Virus record (IMG/VR): IMGVR_UViG_3300048576_000458
Span: 1-37,099 of that record
Reading direction: 5' to 3' (one strand)
From: a virus
Lineage: Duplodnaviria; Caudoviricetes
DNA length: 37,099 nucleotides
Below, in pieces: positions 35,713 through 37,099 of this stretch; the first letter of the stretch is position 1; each line of letters begins with the position of its first letter. The translations under genes were made by a program, and so were the position numbers. The notes below the pieces were generated by a model. It searched no databases, was not told the DNA's origin, and worked only from the letters and a program-made list of their open reading frames with translations.

Positions 35713-35938
35713 AAGTCCTTCTCCCTCAGTAGTGGGGTAATGATTACTTCAATTCGTTATTTTTTACATCATAATGAAGTTATGTCAAGAGGAAAATATT
35801 GTTTCGAAGTTGATAACATGCATTTTCTTCAGAGTTTAGGGATAACAACGTGAGATTATTGAATGTCTCTAACTTCAAAACGAGTCGACGTATTTCGGAG
35901 TTCATTTCGGAGTTAGAGAGGTGAACTCCGAAATGAAC
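35713..35938. promoter_or_regulatory. Divergent immunity/switch region with operator-like repeats
   Basis: AT-rich; minus-strand TTGACA at 35783-35788; dyad cataa-tgaag-ttatg (35770-35784); atttcggagtt repeated at 35892 and 35904 and inverted at 35924. Confidence 0.7.
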
Positions 35939-36484
35939 CTCAAAGATAGACTGGCAATGATTATGGGCGCGCAAGCTGACAAACCTTTTGGGTGGGCAAA
36001 GAAGATCGGCATTAATGGCGCTACTTTCAACAGGATATGGAATGAGGGAGGTCAGCTAAAATCCGACCATTTAATACTGATTCAAAAGAAGACCAACGTT
36101 TCGATTGATTGGCTTCTGACCGGCCGAGGGCCGATGTACGCGGAGAATGTCGCGCCCAACGTTGACAATCAGCGAGCCATGGAACAGGAAGACGGATGTT
36201 TGCGGGCAGCTTCACAAACCAACATTCCGGCCGATGCCAAGCCGGTGCTCGATGCATTCGTAGAGGTGATGAACTCCGGTCATGAGGGTGTAAAGCAGGC
36301 GCTCACTCAAAGTACCTTTGCTTTTCAGGAAACCGTGCGCAGCGCCAAGCGCATAACCGCGCTTGAAGCCGATATCGAGGTCATAAAGAGGCACTTTGTG
36401 CCTCGGGAGGACGACTTTAAGACTCTGGGGCAAATGGGGGAAAGTCAACAGAGAGAGAATCAACGCGGGGGCGGGAAAGACTAG
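35921..36484 (+). CDS. Prophage repressor (CI-like HTH, no recognisable S24 peptidase domain)
   Basis: LKDRL...WAKKIGINGATFNRI...NVSIDWLLTGRGPM; divergent from the ner-like gene. The start may be ATG 35933. Confidence 0.85.
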   Translation: MNSEMNLKDRLAMIMGAQADKPFGWAKKIGINGATFNRIWNEGGQLKSDHLILIQKKTNVSIDWLLTGRGPMYAENVAPNVDNQRAMEQEDGCLRAASQTNIPADAKPVLDAFVEVMNSGHEGVKQALTQSTFAFQETVRSAKRITALEADIEVIKRHFVPREDDFKTLGQMGESQQRENQRGGGKD

Positions 36485-36760
36485 AAGTAATAGACGGAGG
36501 TGGCGGCAGTCGACTTGACGATGCCGTCATGATCTATTCGTCGGAGGCCAAGTGGCTCAGCAAATTAGAACATGCGGGTGGTTTGATGGTAATTATCACA
36601 AAGCCACGCAGGGTCTTTCGCTTGGGCGACATATTGATCGGCATTCGTACAGAGCGGGAGATTCGGGAGAAAGGGTGACCCCTTTTTTTTGGCCCATCAT
36701 TATATTCGCCAAAGTATAACGACCCATGCAGACAATATGAAGGATCAAGGATGGTAGGAG

Positions 36761-37099
36761 ATGAAAAGAATGCTGTGCACTGCAACTGCATTTGTTGCAT
36801 TTTCCTTACTTTTCGCCGATATAGCTTGTTGCTTTCAGCGCGATCCATTTCTTCTCACGGACACCGTTCTCGACATTCGGATTTCAGAAATACAAAGTAA
36901 GCTGGATCGCTGCGTTCGTTCGGGTGAGCTGACGGATGAAGAGGCTGATGATTACGGCCGCGTGCTAAAAAACGTCGTCCAAAACGCCAAAAAGAGCAAC
37001 CTGGACAAAGCTGAAATCAGGCGGTTTGACGGCGAACTCATTCGGCTGATCAGGCGCATCGATCGAGAAAAGCACGCCCCCGAGAAACGATCGAGGTGA
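36761..37099 (+). CDS. Putative exported helical protein
   Basis: SD GGTAGGAG, N-terminal MKR plus hydrophobic stretch, then a charged helical domain (SGELTDEEA). Confidence 0.65.
   Translation: MKRMLCTATAFVAFSLLFADIACCFQRDPFLLTDTVLDIRISEIQSKLDRCVRSGELTDEEADDYGRVLKNVVQNAKKSNLDKAEIRRFDGELIRLIRRIDREKHAPEKRSR

Larger units (their letters stand above)
3377..37099. mobile_element. Mu-like transposable prophage with siphovirus-type tail; boundaries approximate and may extend to both window edges
   Basis: Mu-type gene order: repressor/ner/A/B, gam, gemA, mor, lysis, terminase, DUF935-like portal, F, G, I, capsid, tail, methyltransferase. No sheath gene is evident. Terminal TG...CA ends were not identified. 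Confidence 0.93.

Noticed and set aside
1-37099. CRISPR arrays, tRNA/rRNA genes, IS elements and a tail sheath gene
   Set aside because: I saw no repeat-spacer periodicity, cloverleaf, second transposase or sheath-like ORF on reading. This was not checked computationally.

Overview
Nearly the whole window is a Mu-like (transposable) prophage with a non-contractile, siphovirus-type tail, encoded mostly on the minus strand. Reading right to left: repressor (+), then a Ner/Cro-like regulator, MuA-like DDE transposase, MuB-like AAA ATPase, early/middle genes (Gam-like, two GemA-like, Mor/C-family activator), a lysis cassette, terminase, portal, MuF, G, protease/scaffold, capsid, tail tube, tape measure, tail-tip genes, and a Dam-family methyltransferase in the mom position. 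The left 3.2 kb is a more AT-rich two-gene operon (PD-(D/E)xK nuclease-DGQHR-HEPN-like fusion plus a Dam-like methyltransferase) that looks like a defence module. I could not locate the TG...CA prophage ends, so it is unresolved whether this operon is phage cargo or flanking host DNA. The most interesting signals are: (1) a MuF-HExxH protein with a convergent small gene driven by a near-consensus promoter and apparently leaderless, a candidate toxin/immunity pair; (2) the nuclease-DGQHR-HEPN plus methyltransferase operon; (3) an SD/anti-SD/anti-anti-SD RNA switch in front of the phage methyltransferase; (4) three signal-peptide-bearing, virion-like proteins inside the head operon; (5) duplicated modules in the tail-tip region. 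All family assignments come from motif recognition and synteny, not from database searches.
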